Virus record (IMG/VR): IMGVR_UViG_3300047095_000752
Span: 1-64,000 of that record
Direction: 5' to 3' (one strand)
DNA length: 64,000 bases
A program made the position numbers and the translations under genes. Below, in pieces: positions 48,498-59,417 of the stretch. Position 1 is the first letter of the stretch. Each line of letters opens with the position of its first letter. The notes under the pieces were generated by a model, which worked only from the letters and a program-made list of their open reading frames with translations, searched no databases and was not told the origin of the DNA.

Positions 48498-49228
48498 TAA
48501 TAGCGTCTTTCTCTTTCGTTGTACTGAATAAGTAAAGTTTGTACAAAAGGGTAAATATAATTACTATATATCACAAACTTGTCAACATCAGATGAATCTA
48601 TATTAGATAGCATTGATTTACTTATCTTTAATAATGTATCTCCTTTCATTGGGATTGTTATGACCCCATCTTTAGACTCTCTTGCAAACCAGTTCATATT
48701 GTTAGATGCTAAAAAGGTTTTACGTAAATACTCACACCCTTCTAGAATCTTTTTTCGATTAGAAAAATCAATATTGAACATTAGTTTGTAAAAGGATGTA
48801 TCAAGAGGTTTATGGATCATACCTTTAATTGCTACGGTATTATCCATGTATAGTATCAACAACTTTTTATTATCCATTGATTTTATAAGTTTAGTTATAT
48901 TTTTTCTAAATAACAATTTAAATGATATATCCGTTGACTCTAATACCTTATCAACTATGAATCCATCTTTTTGTCTCCATACGAGGTTTTCCTCTTTTAA
49001 ATTATTTTCTTTTACATATAGTCGAATTAATCTTTTCATCCCATCGGACAAAACGTGTTTTAATACTGGATTTTCTTTTTGCATTTGCCCGATTTGTATA
49101 TTTCTTAATTCCTTATTATCATAGTCGATATGAGATAAATCACACTGAATATTATTGAGGAGGTTATATACGCAAGCCTCAAAGTCATACTCGTATAAAT
49201 TATCAAATACTTTTCTATTATCTTTCAC
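48497..49228 (-). CDS. Putative divergent DNA-polymerase palm-like protein
   Basis: YEYDF (motif A-like), RNIQIG, QKDGFI (motif C-like) and IKG. Confidence 0.45.
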   Translation of the reverse strand: MKDNRKVFDNLYEYDFEACVYNLLNNIQCDLSHIDYDNKELRNIQIGQMQKENPVLKHVLSDGMKRLIRLYVKENNLKEENLVWRQKDGFIVDKVLESTDISFKLLFRKNITKLIKSMDNKKLLILYMDNTVAIKGMIHKPLDTSFYKLMFNIDFSNRKKILEGCEYLRKTFLASNNMNWFARESKDGVITIPMKGDTLLKISKSMLSNIDSSDVDKFVIYSNYIYPFVQTLLIQYNERERRY

Positions 49229-49251
49229 TGTATCCTCCAGTTGACTCCACG

Positions 49252-49656
49252 TTATTTTTTATATTTCATAATTTTCTTTCGTCCAAAAGAATAATTGGGT
49301 AAAAAGTCTATTATCCGAGCATTATATGATTTATTGTGTAAAACGCCAAATATCAATTGAGCGCAGTATTGAATTAATTCGTAAAATGTTTTAACTCTTT
49401 CTTCATGCATGGGGTAATTCATACGTTCATAGAATTCCCATTTAAATTTCGAACACCATCCTTTTGTAAATTCCATCCTTGAATTATATTTTTTATAATT
49501 ATATCTTACGACTTCCCCGTTTAATCGCATAACAGAGTCTGTCCACGCACAGTCTGGCCATCGCCGCGATGACCCACCAACTCTTCTATAAAGATACCCC
49601 CTGAACGGGTAAAATAAAATCTTATATTTTCTATCTATTTTAGGTAGTTTTTTCAT
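49252..49656 (-). CDS. Basic hypothetical protein
   Basis: 134 aa ORF. Confidence 0.5.
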   Translation of the reverse strand: MKKLPKIDRKYKILFYPFRGYLYRRVGGSSRRWPDCAWTDSVMRLNGEVVRYNYKKYNSRMEFTKGWCSKFKWEFYERMNYPMHEERVKTFYELIQYCAQLIFGVLHNKSYNARIIDFLPNYSFGRKKIMKYKK

Positions 49657-49782
49657 CGTGATACCTTACATATATAATCAAAAAGTTTAGTTTTCATATA
49701 GGTCAATTCCTTTACCGGAAATTCATTCCATTACTTCACACTCCCATTTTAGACGAATAAAAAATAAGTGAAACTATAATTT

Positions 49783-49802
49783 CAATAATTTATATATATA
49801 AT
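49783..49802 (-). promoter_or_regulatory. Phage promoter motif A
   Basis: caataatttatatatataat. Confidence 0.7.
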
Positions 49803-49821
49803 AAACCTTTATACTGACAAT

Positions 49822-50268
49822 TTAATACGAACTGTAGACGTACGGATCTAATGGTTTAATTAATAGATCTTTTTTCCCAAATATTGATCCTAAAAGTTTA
49901 ACTATTTTAAATACAAAATCAAATCTTAGCTTAGGTAACACTAAAGCCCGTTCATAACTGCTATCGTCTAAATGTGATAAAAATATTTCATGGTGTATAG
50001 ACTTTGGTATAAATTTTATAAAATTCTCAAATATATCTTTATGTATATGGGATGTTCTTATAGCTCGCCCAAACCCTCTTGATGCACTTATACTTAGATC
50101 AATACAATCTATTATAAAGTCAAAATATGATATGCTATGAAGATATACATCATAAGTGATTGTGCGGGGATTATATGTATTTGGTTTATGTGTTTTGGAT
50201 GTATTATAGAATTTATTGAAATTATACTCAAATGATTTTATGGCTGACTTTTTGTTTATTATGAACAC
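49822..50268 (-). CDS. Hypothetical protein
   Basis: 148 aa ORF with a GGGAG RBS. Confidence 0.55.
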   Translation of the reverse strand: MFIINKKSAIKSFEYNFNKFYNTSKTHKPNTYNPRTITYDVYLHSISYFDFIIDCIDLSISASRGFGRAIRTSHIHKDIFENFIKFIPKSIHHEIFLSHLDDSSYERALVLPKLRFDFVFKIVKLLGSIFGKKDLLIKPLDPYVYSSY

Positions 50269-50286
50269 ATAAACTCCCTTAAAGTA

Positions 50287-50319
50287 AAAATCCCGATCCT
50301 ATAATTAAGATCGGGATTT
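50287..50319 (-). terminator. Terminator of the RNAP operon
   Basis: aaatcccgatc-ctataattaa-gatcgggattt. Confidence 0.7.
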
Positions 50320-50335
50320 GAAATGGGTTTGGTGG

Positions 50336-51244
50336 TTAGTCCTCTAATTGTATGCCGTGTTCTAATAAGAATTGTTTGGCTTCTTTCAGGGAACCTTTTG
50401 AACCTTTGGCTGAGTTATCTTTCCAAGTTAATAATTGTATATTTTTTCTTTTGTTGATGGCTGATTTAACTTCAACTTCATTTAGATTGTATTTTACAGT
50501 TAACTTTGAAAATAATTTAACCGGAATTATATGATCTACTACATAAGAATCGGGATCTTTTATAAAGTTATTGTAGTTTGGATCTGATTTCATATGGTTT
50601 TGGATCCATTTTTTAGAATGTGGATTTCTCAATCTTAAATTTAAAGGAATTTCTTCTCGATTTGGGTTCCACCTTGAGTGGGTTTCACCAAAATTTTTTT
50701 CTAACCAGCATTGTTTACATCGATATCCTTGTTGAAAATTATTAAATGAACTAATAGATTCACAACCACATTTACATCTATATTTCATTTTAGTGTAATT
50801 ATTAATATACTCGGTTTCTAATAGTTCATACCCTTCACCTTTGAAGTGATTACAAACTTGTTCATATGTTAATTTTTCGTTACCACCACATTTTGCGCAT
50901 CTTCTATCTCTTTGAAAATTACTAAATGATGTTAAACTTTTGTTACCGCAATTGCATTTATATCGCATTGGAGTTATATTGTTAATATATTCAGTTTCTA
51001 ACAATTCACAGCCTTGTTCTTTGAAAGAATTGTAGACATACTCGAAATTATGTTTCTCATTACCACCACATTTTGCGCATCGGTGACCTCTTTTAAAAGT
51101 ATCGAGTCGTATTTCACTTTTATTACCACAACTACAACGATATTTCATCGAGGTTTTATTATTAATATATTTGGACTCTAACAGTTCACACCCTTCATCA
51201 AAAAAGATCTTTTCAACTTCTTGTTGTGTTAATTTTGTAGACAT
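50336..51244 (-). mobile_element. Zn-repeat HNH endonuclease
   Basis: Three GCELLETEYINN..MKYRCxCG...RCAKC repeats plus YVVDHIIP...NIQ...N..K. Confidence 0.75.
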
Positions 51245-51247
51245 ATA

Positions 51248-54200
51248 TCAGTCCTCTAATTCAAGTCCAATTGTTTTAAACATCGCATTCAGGAGGCTCA
51301 ATGTGCGGGGTTTATCCGGCGCATCGTTCTCAAGAAGGATCTCTTCGTTTTGAAGGATATCTGATAATACTCGGAGCTTCTTTCCGGGCGAATCCGAATG
51401 CGTCGTCAGAAATTCCTCAATTGTGATCTCAGCGCCCTGTGCGCACAATGCCCAGATTTCCATTTCGCCAAGTTTGTGCCCACCAGATAATTTCTTACCA
51501 CCAACCGGTTGGAGTGTTGTATTGACGTATGGTCCAACGGATCGACTGATAATTTTATCTTCACTGCGGTGGATCAGCTTCTGAAAATATATTGATCCAA
51601 CAGCAATTGGATTCTTAAAGCATTTTTTATCGTCTATATACAAGGACTGTTTATATTCAGATCCGGTTAACTTCATGATCTGATCCAATTGTTGTGGAGT
51701 TATGCTGTTAAATGGAGGCTGCACAATCTGTATATCATCCAGAGCTTCGCAGATATCCTTCTCATAGAGAATGTTTTGAAAACGTTTGTAGGTTGTAGCT
51801 GCATAAATCTTATCGTCTGAGTTATCAAACAATTCTAAAAACTTTTGTAACTTCTTGTTCGCTTTATCGGAAAGTTTTCCATTCTTGTGATGATCAGACA
51901 TAAGATAAGTTTTCATATTATACAAGGCTTCGGTGGAATGTAGCTCGTATAACTGCCCACAGTTCATGCGGCTGATAATACCAAGGGGATTCACAATGAT
52001 CTCAACGTGACGACCGTCCGCCAGTTGAGGCATCTGATCCTTTGGGATGATCTTGGATATAATTCCTTTTGCCCCATGCCTGTTCGATACTTTATCCCCA
52101 ACAGAGATCTTAGATTTATGGATCCCTTTTAGGATGATCTTGATCCCTTCGATGTTCTTGCCCTTCTCGCTGTATTTAGCCGATTTCTTTGGGGGCGGTG
52201 CGTCGCTTACATGTAACTTGGACAATTCATAAAAATCAAGAATATTATCAATCTTTTCATTACTCATATATTCGGACAGTTGCTTACGAATTTCATTTAA
52301 CCGACCATTCTGATTTTTGATCAAAGTTTTAATGAAATTATGGAACTGAGGAATTTGTTTGTTCCAAGTATTAGGGTAAAGTTCAATACTAGTTATTTCA
52401 CAATCAATCGGAATTACCATATTATTTGGTTCGGTATTTATACTTTCAATACCGTCATGTCCGATATGCTTTAATTTAGCGTAAATCTCACCCTTTTTTA
52501 GCTTATCTCCAACCGAAGGTAAAGGCTTATAAGAATCATCGAGTAAACTTAGAAGGATCTGACCACCTTCAATTTCAAATGATAATTCTACAGTGTGTAA
52601 CGATGTGTAACGATCCACCACATCTTCTGAAATGACGATACCATCCTCGTAATTATAACCTTCCCAGATCGCGACCGCTGTCGTCAGATTATGCCCCAAT
52701 GTCAAATCGCCATCTTTGAAAAATTTGGAAATAGCAATAACATCATCTTTCTCGAATTTATCACCAACTTGCAAATCAGAATACATATAATCAGCACTAT
52801 TCAAATACATTGGACGATATGACAGCTTAAAAATATCAATATTACCAGACTCGTATTTAATAACAATGAATTCGTGAGATTTATAGGCGACCTCACCATC
52901 TTCCTTGGCAATTTGCTTGAAAGATGTATATTCAAAATATTTATCTTCCCAACCAGTTTTGATGAATGGCTTCGTTGCATTTTCAAGTAAAATTGACTGT
53001 TTCATCTGACCTGATGCCATTTGAAGTCTGGTTTGATCGTTGTTACTTAAAAATGGAACTAAGGTTATAGGATGACTACAGACCATATCCAAATCAGACT
53101 CCGTCATGCGCCCAGTCTCATCAATTTTAGCGCCGGGACAGAAATTTAAAATAACACCACAACCATCTCGATCTGGGGTGTCAGCAGGGCAGAAGATCCC
53201 ATAATGTGATGGATCCAAGTTCTTTAGGTGGCTTGGAGTTTTGCTCTTAGTGAAACTTCCGGGTCCAATAATTGTACTCTGTGTTAATGCTGAGATTTCG
53301 CCAAGTGGATTATAAGGGAAATTATGGTGAATGATTGAACTTACATTACAAGAGTCGAGAAGTATAGTAGTCGGAATTTTGAACTTAACACGCTTATTAT
53401 CATTGAGGATACAGATCATATCAAATACAGATCGGATTAAATTATATAAGACATACTCGGAAAACCGAATTCTTTTATTTTCTAAGGATGTATCAGACTT
53501 TGTACCCTCACTCAGAGAATATAGTAACTCCAGAACTGGAGAATTGGTTTTCATGTATGATTTGGAGAATGTATCAATCTCAACTGAATTTGAGATCGCA
53601 AAAAGAATTGATCTTCCCTTCTTGAGATTATCTGTGATCGCCACATTACTAGTACGGTAAGCTCCGAGTAATTCGATCAGTTTGGATTCTTTATTACCCT
53701 TCCAGAGTGTATTACACCGAGCTACTAACTGCTCGATAGCGGGGTTCTCGTTTGGAAGAGAATCTACGAAGGTTTGAAATTCTTCTCGCTTATACATCGC
53801 ACAAATGATATTTTCAATAGGAATATCTTTATAAAATTTCATATGGTTGAGAAAGATCTTGACAAGAAACGAATCGTCTTTATCAATTCCAGCACGCATG
53901 GAGATTACATTATTCTTGAAATTAAGAATCGTTTTATTCCGAACCACACGGTGAATGACAGGTTCGTCGATTAGCTGGAATACAGGGACTTTTAGTAGAC
54001 CGCCAATATAAAAGAATTGATCTTGGAGGAGTTCTGGTACTTGGATCGTATATACATGTTCTTTTTTAATAGTTTTCTTTTGAGTCAATTCATTTACATG
54101 GATCTTTAAAGTACGATAAATGCTCTTTTTAATTTCTTCCTTGCGCTTGCGCTTATTCTTCGCCCATGTGATTTTTACGAATTTCCAATTTTCTAAGAGA

Positions 54201-54286
54201 TCAATGTTTTGGAATAATCCTCCGATTGCGCCCTTGACTCGATCATAGTCCCATTCGTAACTTCTCTGCTCAAATGTAGTTTTCAT
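51248..54286 (-). CDS. rpoB: Phage DNA-directed RNA polymerase beta subunit
   Basis: CPADTPD, GQMKQS, GYNYEDGI, GDKVSNRHGAKG, SRMNCGQ, KLIH and GGHKLGEME. Confidence 0.93.
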   Translation of the reverse strand: MKTTFEQRSYEWDYDRVKGAIGGLFQNIDLLENWKFVKITWAKNKRKRKEEIKKSIYRTLKIHVNELTQKKTIKKEHVYTIQVPELLQDQFFYIGGLLKVPVFQLIDEPVIHRVVRNKTILNFKNNVISMRAGIDKDDSFLVKIFLNHMKFYKDIPIENIICAMYKREEFQTFVDSLPNENPAIEQLVARCNTLWKGNKESKLIELLGAYRTSNVAITDNLKKGRSILFAISNSVEIDTFSKSYMKTNSPVLELLYSLSEGTKSDTSLENKRIRFSEYVLYNLIRSVFDMICILNDNKRVKFKIPTTILLDSCNVSSIIHHNFPYNPLGEISALTQSTIIGPGSFTKSKTPSHLKNLDPSHYGIFCPADTPDRDGCGVILNFCPGAKIDETGRMTESDLDMVCSHPITLVPFLSNNDQTRLQMASGQMKQSILLENATKPFIKTGWEDKYFEYTSFKQIAKEDGEVAYKSHEFIVIKYESGNIDIFKLSYRPMYLNSADYMYSDLQVGDKFEKDDVIAISKFFKDGDLTLGHNLTTAVAIWEGYNYEDGIVISEDVVDRYTSLHTVELSFEIEGGQILLSLLDDSYKPLPSVGDKLKKGEIYAKLKHIGHDGIESINTEPNNMVIPIDCEITSIELYPNTWNKQIPQFHNFIKTLIKNQNGRLNEIRKQLSEYMSNEKIDNILDFYELSKLHVSDAPPPKKSAKYSEKGKNIEGIKIILKGIHKSKISVGDKVSNRHGAKGIISKIIPKDQMPQLADGRHVEIIVNPLGIISRMNCGQLYELHSTEALYNMKTYLMSDHHKNGKLSDKANKKLQKFLELFDNSDDKIYAATTYKRFQNILYEKDICEALDDIQIVQPPFNSITPQQLDQIMKLTGSEYKQSLYIDDKKCFKNPIAVGSIYFQKLIHRSEDKIISRSVGPYVNTTLQPVGGKKLSGGHKLGEMEIWALCAQGAEITIEEFLTTHSDSPGKKLRVLSDILQNEEILLENDAPDKPRTLSLLNAMFKTIGLELED

Positions 54287-54325
54287 ATTGATATATTTCC
54301 TCGTGTGCTAAGATGAGTGATTATA

Positions 54326-55270
54326 TCAAATAGTATGGTAAACTGTCAATTTTTCGTTGAACCAAGCCATGAATTCTTCTTGGATGTATTTTCCGCCTTT
54401 AGATCCATTTTCTTTTTGAGGTATTATTCTTAAGTTTTCCCGGAGGTTACATATTTCTTTAACAATTGTTTGCCCGTAGATATTATCAAGATCATTATCG
54501 ATAAAAGCTATTCTCGGATAAATATGATCTACCGTATAATCAGATTTATTCCATCGATTTCCCGTTGCCTTGGCTGTTTTTTGTGATTGGGTATAATCCG
54601 TGTATTTTGGATCATCCGATAAAATGTAAAGTTTTTTAAGATCAAACCTTAAATATCCAGCCCTAGCCAGACGTGTTCTATCTTGTTGGAATCTAAAATG
54701 GTTTTTACCGGTATTTTTTTTATATCCACATTCTCTACATCGTTGATCATTTTGAAAATTATTATATGTTATTAAACTTTCCTCCCCACACTCACATCTA
54801 TATTTCATTTTAGTATGATTATTAATGTACTTAGTTTCTAAAAGTTCACAACCTTCATTTTTAAAGATCTTATATACAGTTTCATATGTTAACTTTTCTT
54901 TACCCGAACATTTTCTACACCGTTGTTCCAAATGTTTAAAATTACTATATTCTATCACGCTTATGTTATCACATGAACATCTATACCTCATTTTAGTATG
55001 GGCATTTATATACTCTGTTTCTAGTAGTTCGCAGCCTTTGTCTTTAAAAGAATTGTAAACATCTTCAAATTTAAGTTTTTCAGATCCGCCACATTTAGCG
55101 CATCTTCGATTGTGACTTTTAAAATTATTAAATATTATTTCACTTTTATTACCACATGAACACTGATACCTCATTTTAGTTGCATTATTAATATATTCAG
55201 TTTCTAATAATTCGCAGCCTTGTTCTTTGAAATAATTATAAACAACATCATATGTTAATTTAACCGGCAT
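54326..55270 (-). mobile_element. Zn-repeat HNH endonuclease
   Basis: Paralogue of 50336-51244; three repeats plus YTVDHIYP...NLR...N..K. Confidence 0.75.
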
Positions 55271-55284
55271 ATCTACAGTCCTAA

Positions 55285-57993
55285 TTAAAGTCTAAACAAT
55301 TTTGAAATAGCGCTCGGGGTGTCTGCACTGGAGCTTGTAACACCATCGAGTAATCGATTCTTTAGTCGGGCGAATGAAATACCCAATAACCATGATGAGA
55401 TCGATGGGATCTTCAAGATACTCTCAAATTTGTATGGAAAGTTATTTCGATTCGGGATCGTGCGCCACATCTTCTTGTCGGACCACATCATCGCGCTTGC
55501 AATCGTCTCGTAATGTACAAGCATTATATTTCCGTACTGACTAAAAATACTATTTAGAGCCAATACGAGATCAATTGGTTCATTCACTTCCTTCAAATCG
55601 GTCGGCTTGTGAAATAACTTATTTACAAGACTCATTCCAGAAATAATATCTTGGTTCTGGTTATTTTCACCAGATCCTTGCGCAACTCCAGAGGTGTGAA
55701 ATGAGCGCAATACTAACTGCGTGATACGTTCACCGATACACTGGGTAGCAACAATGCCAATCTGAGTGCTGTGTAGGATGTTCGACACATTCCCATAACA
55801 CTTCTTGCAAATGTGTTTACTCTTACAATAAATGGGGCTGCGAAGTTGAATTTTACGTCCAATCAGAGCTTTATAATTATCACGAGTTATTAAGAATAAA
55901 GACCCATCCTTACCGACGATATAGCGCCAAATTAAAGTTCTGGCCAAAGCTTCGCTTTTACTATCGTCAATTCGACCAGTCTTATCACGAACAATGACCT
56001 CCAAATTCATGTATTCCGTAGTTTTGCAGTCGTCCACATCTCCCAGTTCCATATTTACGGTACTGTAGATCAATTGGCGGGTGATATAGCCACTGCTTGA
56101 AGTTGAGAGTGCCGTGTCGAGCAGACCCTTACGAGTACCCCAAGCACTGTTGAAATAATCTTTCTGCTTCATACCACGTACAAGACTTGCACGAATGAGA
56201 TCTGGACGAAGCTTGTTAGTCACGTCCGCTACGTACCCACGAGCCACTGTAAGCTGTAGAAGCTGGTCCATCGACCCACGAGCACCAGACTCAGTGAAAA
56301 TGTAATATGGCTTCTTCTTGATCTTAGCGTGAATCTTTTTATTGGTGGATATTTTTAACATATCTTTTTGGATATCACCAGTAAGTGAGTCTGAAAATGC
56401 ATCGAACTCTGGATCATGAAGATCATCAATCGAAAGAGTGTAACCGTATTTTGTCGAAAGTCGAAACCCGAGTTCTTTAACTGCATCTAAAACTTTCATG
56501 CTGACCAATGGACTATACTTAAGAACAATATCATTCAAAATAGTTTTTAGAAGTTTATTGTCAACTGTCTCATTAATAACATGATAATCTTCGGGTAAAC
56601 ATTGATTGAAAAGGAGTCTTTCCTTTGACATGACGACGTTCTTATATTCATATCTTTTATTGGTGTTATTTTTTGTAGCAGTGTAGATCACTAAAATAAG
56701 GTCCTGATTTGGCTTTGGAACGATCTCGCCATCGGCAGGAGATAAAAGATTATTCCAAATTCCGATCTTTTCATTAATATCTTTGGCGCATCGGTCGGTT
56801 ACAGCTATATAAATAGCCATCTGATCGCCGTCAAAATCTGCGTTATAAGCTCCGCAAATAAGGGGGTGAATCATGATAGTATTGCCGGGGTTAATCTTAA
56901 TATGAAATGCCAGTACAGACATTCGGTGGAGTGTCGGTTGGCGATTTAATATGCATACTCGATTCTTAACGAAGTCTTCTAAATAAGTCATTAATTGTGT
57001 GTCATTTTCAACAATACATTTATCAATTAATTCTGAAGCCTTATTATGTCTATTCACAACCTTCCGGTTTACAAGATAAGTAATAAGTTTTGGTTTAAAC
57101 ATTTCAAGCAAGATTAAATATGGGATCCGACATTCATCCAAATGTAATGTCGGATCCGGGCTAATTACCGCGCGACCGGAGAAGTCCACGCGCTTACCAA
57201 GGATATTTCCTCGAATGAGTCCATTCTTCTTGCTTAGCTTATCCATAATATATTCATAAATTTCAATAGCATGGGTTTGAATAGCTCTAAAATATATAAT
57301 ATGAATATCACTATTTTCTTTTATTTCAAAGTTCATATCCCGAATTCGAGATGTTCTCATTAATAACTCTCTATAATTTCGGTTTAAAGCATCGGTTGTA
57401 TAACTACCATTATTATTTTTATTTATATTTCTAAATGCTGGAGGCATAACAATAACATTATTGCAAATCATTATGTCTTCATTATCAGTTATGAATTTAA
57501 GTTCTGGCTTTTCAGAATCTTTACATAGATAAAGTATGTATGATTTTGTACCTTCGACCCCGACCAACTTTTTGGCTGGATCGTCAACATTAGGATCGAA
57601 TTCCACCAGTTCCGCTTCATCATTAAAAATATATTCAACTTTATAAAACAACATATTATAAAGGACTTTTTTAATTCCGGGCTTAGCCTTGAGGATAATC
57701 ATATAAATCAAAGGATTTAGGATAGGAAAAGGTAGTGCAATCTTAGCGTAACGCTTCGCTCGCTCTTCTGAGGACGTTATCTCGACGTTACATACTTTAC
57801 ATACATCCTCGTCACCATGAGGTCCACGGTATATGGATCTTGAACATCCACACTTATAGGATCGAAGTGGACCAAAAATCTGTTGGGAGAACAGACCTGC
57901 GGGTGTAAGCTTACAATTTTCATCGATCTTATCCGCTGTAATTTCTGGTAAATCTTGTGTAAATTCATCGATATTGAAGTGTTTTAGTTTCAC
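55285..57993 (-). CDS. rpoC: Phage DNA-directed RNA polymerase beta-prime subunit
   Basis: GLFSQQIFG, zinc finger, GKRVDFSGRAVI, NRQPTLH, catalytic NADFDGD, SGARG and TQLVLRSFH. Confidence 0.95.
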   Translation of the reverse strand: MKLKHFNIDEFTQDLPEITADKIDENCKLTPAGLFSQQIFGPLRSYKCGCSRSIYRGPHGDEDVCKVCNVEITSSEERAKRYAKIALPFPILNPLIYMIILKAKPGIKKVLYNMLFYKVEYIFNDEAELVEFDPNVDDPAKKLVGVEGTKSYILYLCKDSEKPELKFITDNEDIMICNNVIVMPPAFRNINKNNNGSYTTDALNRNYRELLMRTSRIRDMNFEIKENSDIHIIYFRAIQTHAIEIYEYIMDKLSKKNGLIRGNILGKRVDFSGRAVISPDPTLHLDECRIPYLILLEMFKPKLITYLVNRKVVNRHNKASELIDKCIVENDTQLMTYLEDFVKNRVCILNRQPTLHRMSVLAFHIKINPGNTIMIHPLICGAYNADFDGDQMAIYIAVTDRCAKDINEKIGIWNNLLSPADGEIVPKPNQDLILVIYTATKNNTNKRYEYKNVVMSKERLLFNQCLPEDYHVINETVDNKLLKTILNDIVLKYSPLVSMKVLDAVKELGFRLSTKYGYTLSIDDLHDPEFDAFSDSLTGDIQKDMLKISTNKKIHAKIKKKPYYIFTESGARGSMDQLLQLTVARGYVADVTNKLRPDLIRASLVRGMKQKDYFNSAWGTRKGLLDTALSTSSSGYITRQLIYSTVNMELGDVDDCKTTEYMNLEVIVRDKTGRIDDSKSEALARTLIWRYIVGKDGSLFLITRDNYKALIGRKIQLRSPIYCKSKHICKKCYGNVSNILHSTQIGIVATQCIGERITQLVLRSFHTSGVAQGSGENNQNQDIISGMSLVNKLFHKPTDLKEVNEPIDLVLALNSIFSQYGNIMLVHYETIASAMMWSDKKMWRTIPNRNNFPYKFESILKIPSISSWLLGISFARLKNRLLDGVTSSSADTPSAISKLFRL

Positions 57994-58053
57994 TAGAGAA
58001 TTCTCCTAAGAATATATATAAATTATACCACCTTCTACCGTTAGATTTCAATA

Positions 58054-58776
58054 CTATATCAAAACATACTTGTCATCGACTTTAAATGGTATCTTAGATG
58101 TACAATCTATAACTTCATGTTTATTAGCTTTTATTACGATATTATTGGTGTAACTAGAGATGCTATCCCATTTACCTAATGTTGGTGCTGGAATTTCATT
58201 TGAAATTATTGCTGTATACGAATCTGTTAATACAGGCTTTGCTTTAACATATACAAATTCTTTAAACAAATCATACATTTTACACATTTCATTCGAATCA
58301 TCATAAACTAAAATATATTCTCTAACATTGAAATGTGATTTATAAACTAATCTTACAGAGTAATCACTAAATATTAGATTATATCTTTCTTTCATATATA
58401 ATCTACTATTTATAAAATCGTGTATAATATTACTTGTGCCCCCTAATATGACATATGAACTAATTTTTTTAGGAGAATATTGTGTGGCACTTATATGAGC
58501 ATTGTGTTCTCTGTCCAAATCTATAAAACAATTGAAGAAATATTTTTTAGGGTATGACATATTGTGTCTTAGTTTATTAGAGGGATTGGTCTTTCTCCCC
58601 ACTGAAGTAAACATATAATGATTTTCAAAAAATATATAACTGGATATGTAAAGTTTAGGGTACACGTCTTTTATATGTTGGTTATTGTTATTTATAAATA
58701 TTGAGTACGATAACATTTGTATATTGTACATAGCCTTTGATATTAAACGACCATTCATAAAATCTGAGACTTGCAT
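58054..58776 (-). CDS. Hypothetical protein
   Basis: 240 aa ORF with a GAGGAGG RBS. Confidence 0.6.
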   Translation of the reverse strand: MQVSDFMNGRLISKAMYNIQMLSYSIFINNNNQHIKDVYPKLYISSYIFFENHYMFTSVGRKTNPSNKLRHNMSYPKKYFFNCFIDLDREHNAHISATQYSPKKISSYVILGGTSNIIHDFINSRLYMKERYNLIFSDYSVRLVYKSHFNVREYILVYDDSNEMCKMYDLFKEFVYVKAKPVLTDSYTAIISNEIPAPTLGKWDSISSYTNNIVIKANKHEVIDCTSKIPFKVDDKYVLI

Positions 58777-58781
58777 TATAG

Positions 58782-59417
58782 CTACGAGACCTCCTCACCG
58801 TTTATAAACATATTTGAATAACTAGACGAATCCCACCATTTCATATCAAATAACTTTATTTCTTTATATTTTTTAATATATTTTGTTGTACTTTTCATAT
58901 TTTTTGATGTAAATATATGTTCATGTATTCTATTTTTCGAAAAATGAATTCCATAATACAACGAACCTCCATTTGATTTTACTAATTTATTTTTTTGAGG
59001 CGGAGTATTATCATTCGAATGTGTTGTATATTCACAATTAAATTCAGCATATGTTTTAATTTTAACATTTTTAATATTAGACTTTCTAATATCTATTTTA
59101 CAAAAATGAGGACCTTTATAATTATTATCGTACATCATGGTCGAAAATAGGTAGTCACTCATATCGTAACTATGTAAACCACAGTATAAAGAATAAAATC
59201 TTAACTTTATATTCAAATCTCTAACAAATGAATGCGAAAGAATTCGGTTTAACACAATCGATTTACTTTTATGTTCACCCTTAACGTATATATGTTCAAT
59301 ATAATATTTAATTGAAGGTTTTACTATCCGATTGGATATCCTATCAAAAAATCTATATAAAGCAAGTATTGTATTATCTAATTCCCATATCGTATCTTCG
59401 TTAGTTGGAAGTTGCAT
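58782..59417 (-). CDS. Hypothetical protein
   Basis: 211 aa ORF overlapping the upstream stop. Confidence 0.55.
   Translation of the reverse strand: MQLPTNEDTIWELDNTILALYRFFDRISNRIVKPSIKYYIEHIYVKGEHKSKSIVLNRILSHSFVRDLNIKLRFYSLYCGLHSYDMSDYLFSTMMYDNNYKGPHFCKIDIRKSNIKNVKIKTYAEFNCEYTTHSNDNTPPQKNKLVKSNGGSLYYGIHFSKNRIHEHIFTSKNMKSTTKYIKKYKEIKLFDMKWWDSSSYSNMFINGEEVS

Noticed and set aside
58782-59417. JAB deubiquitinase partner for the E1/E2 pair
   Set aside because: GLHSYDMSD does not match the HxH(x7)S(x2)D motif.
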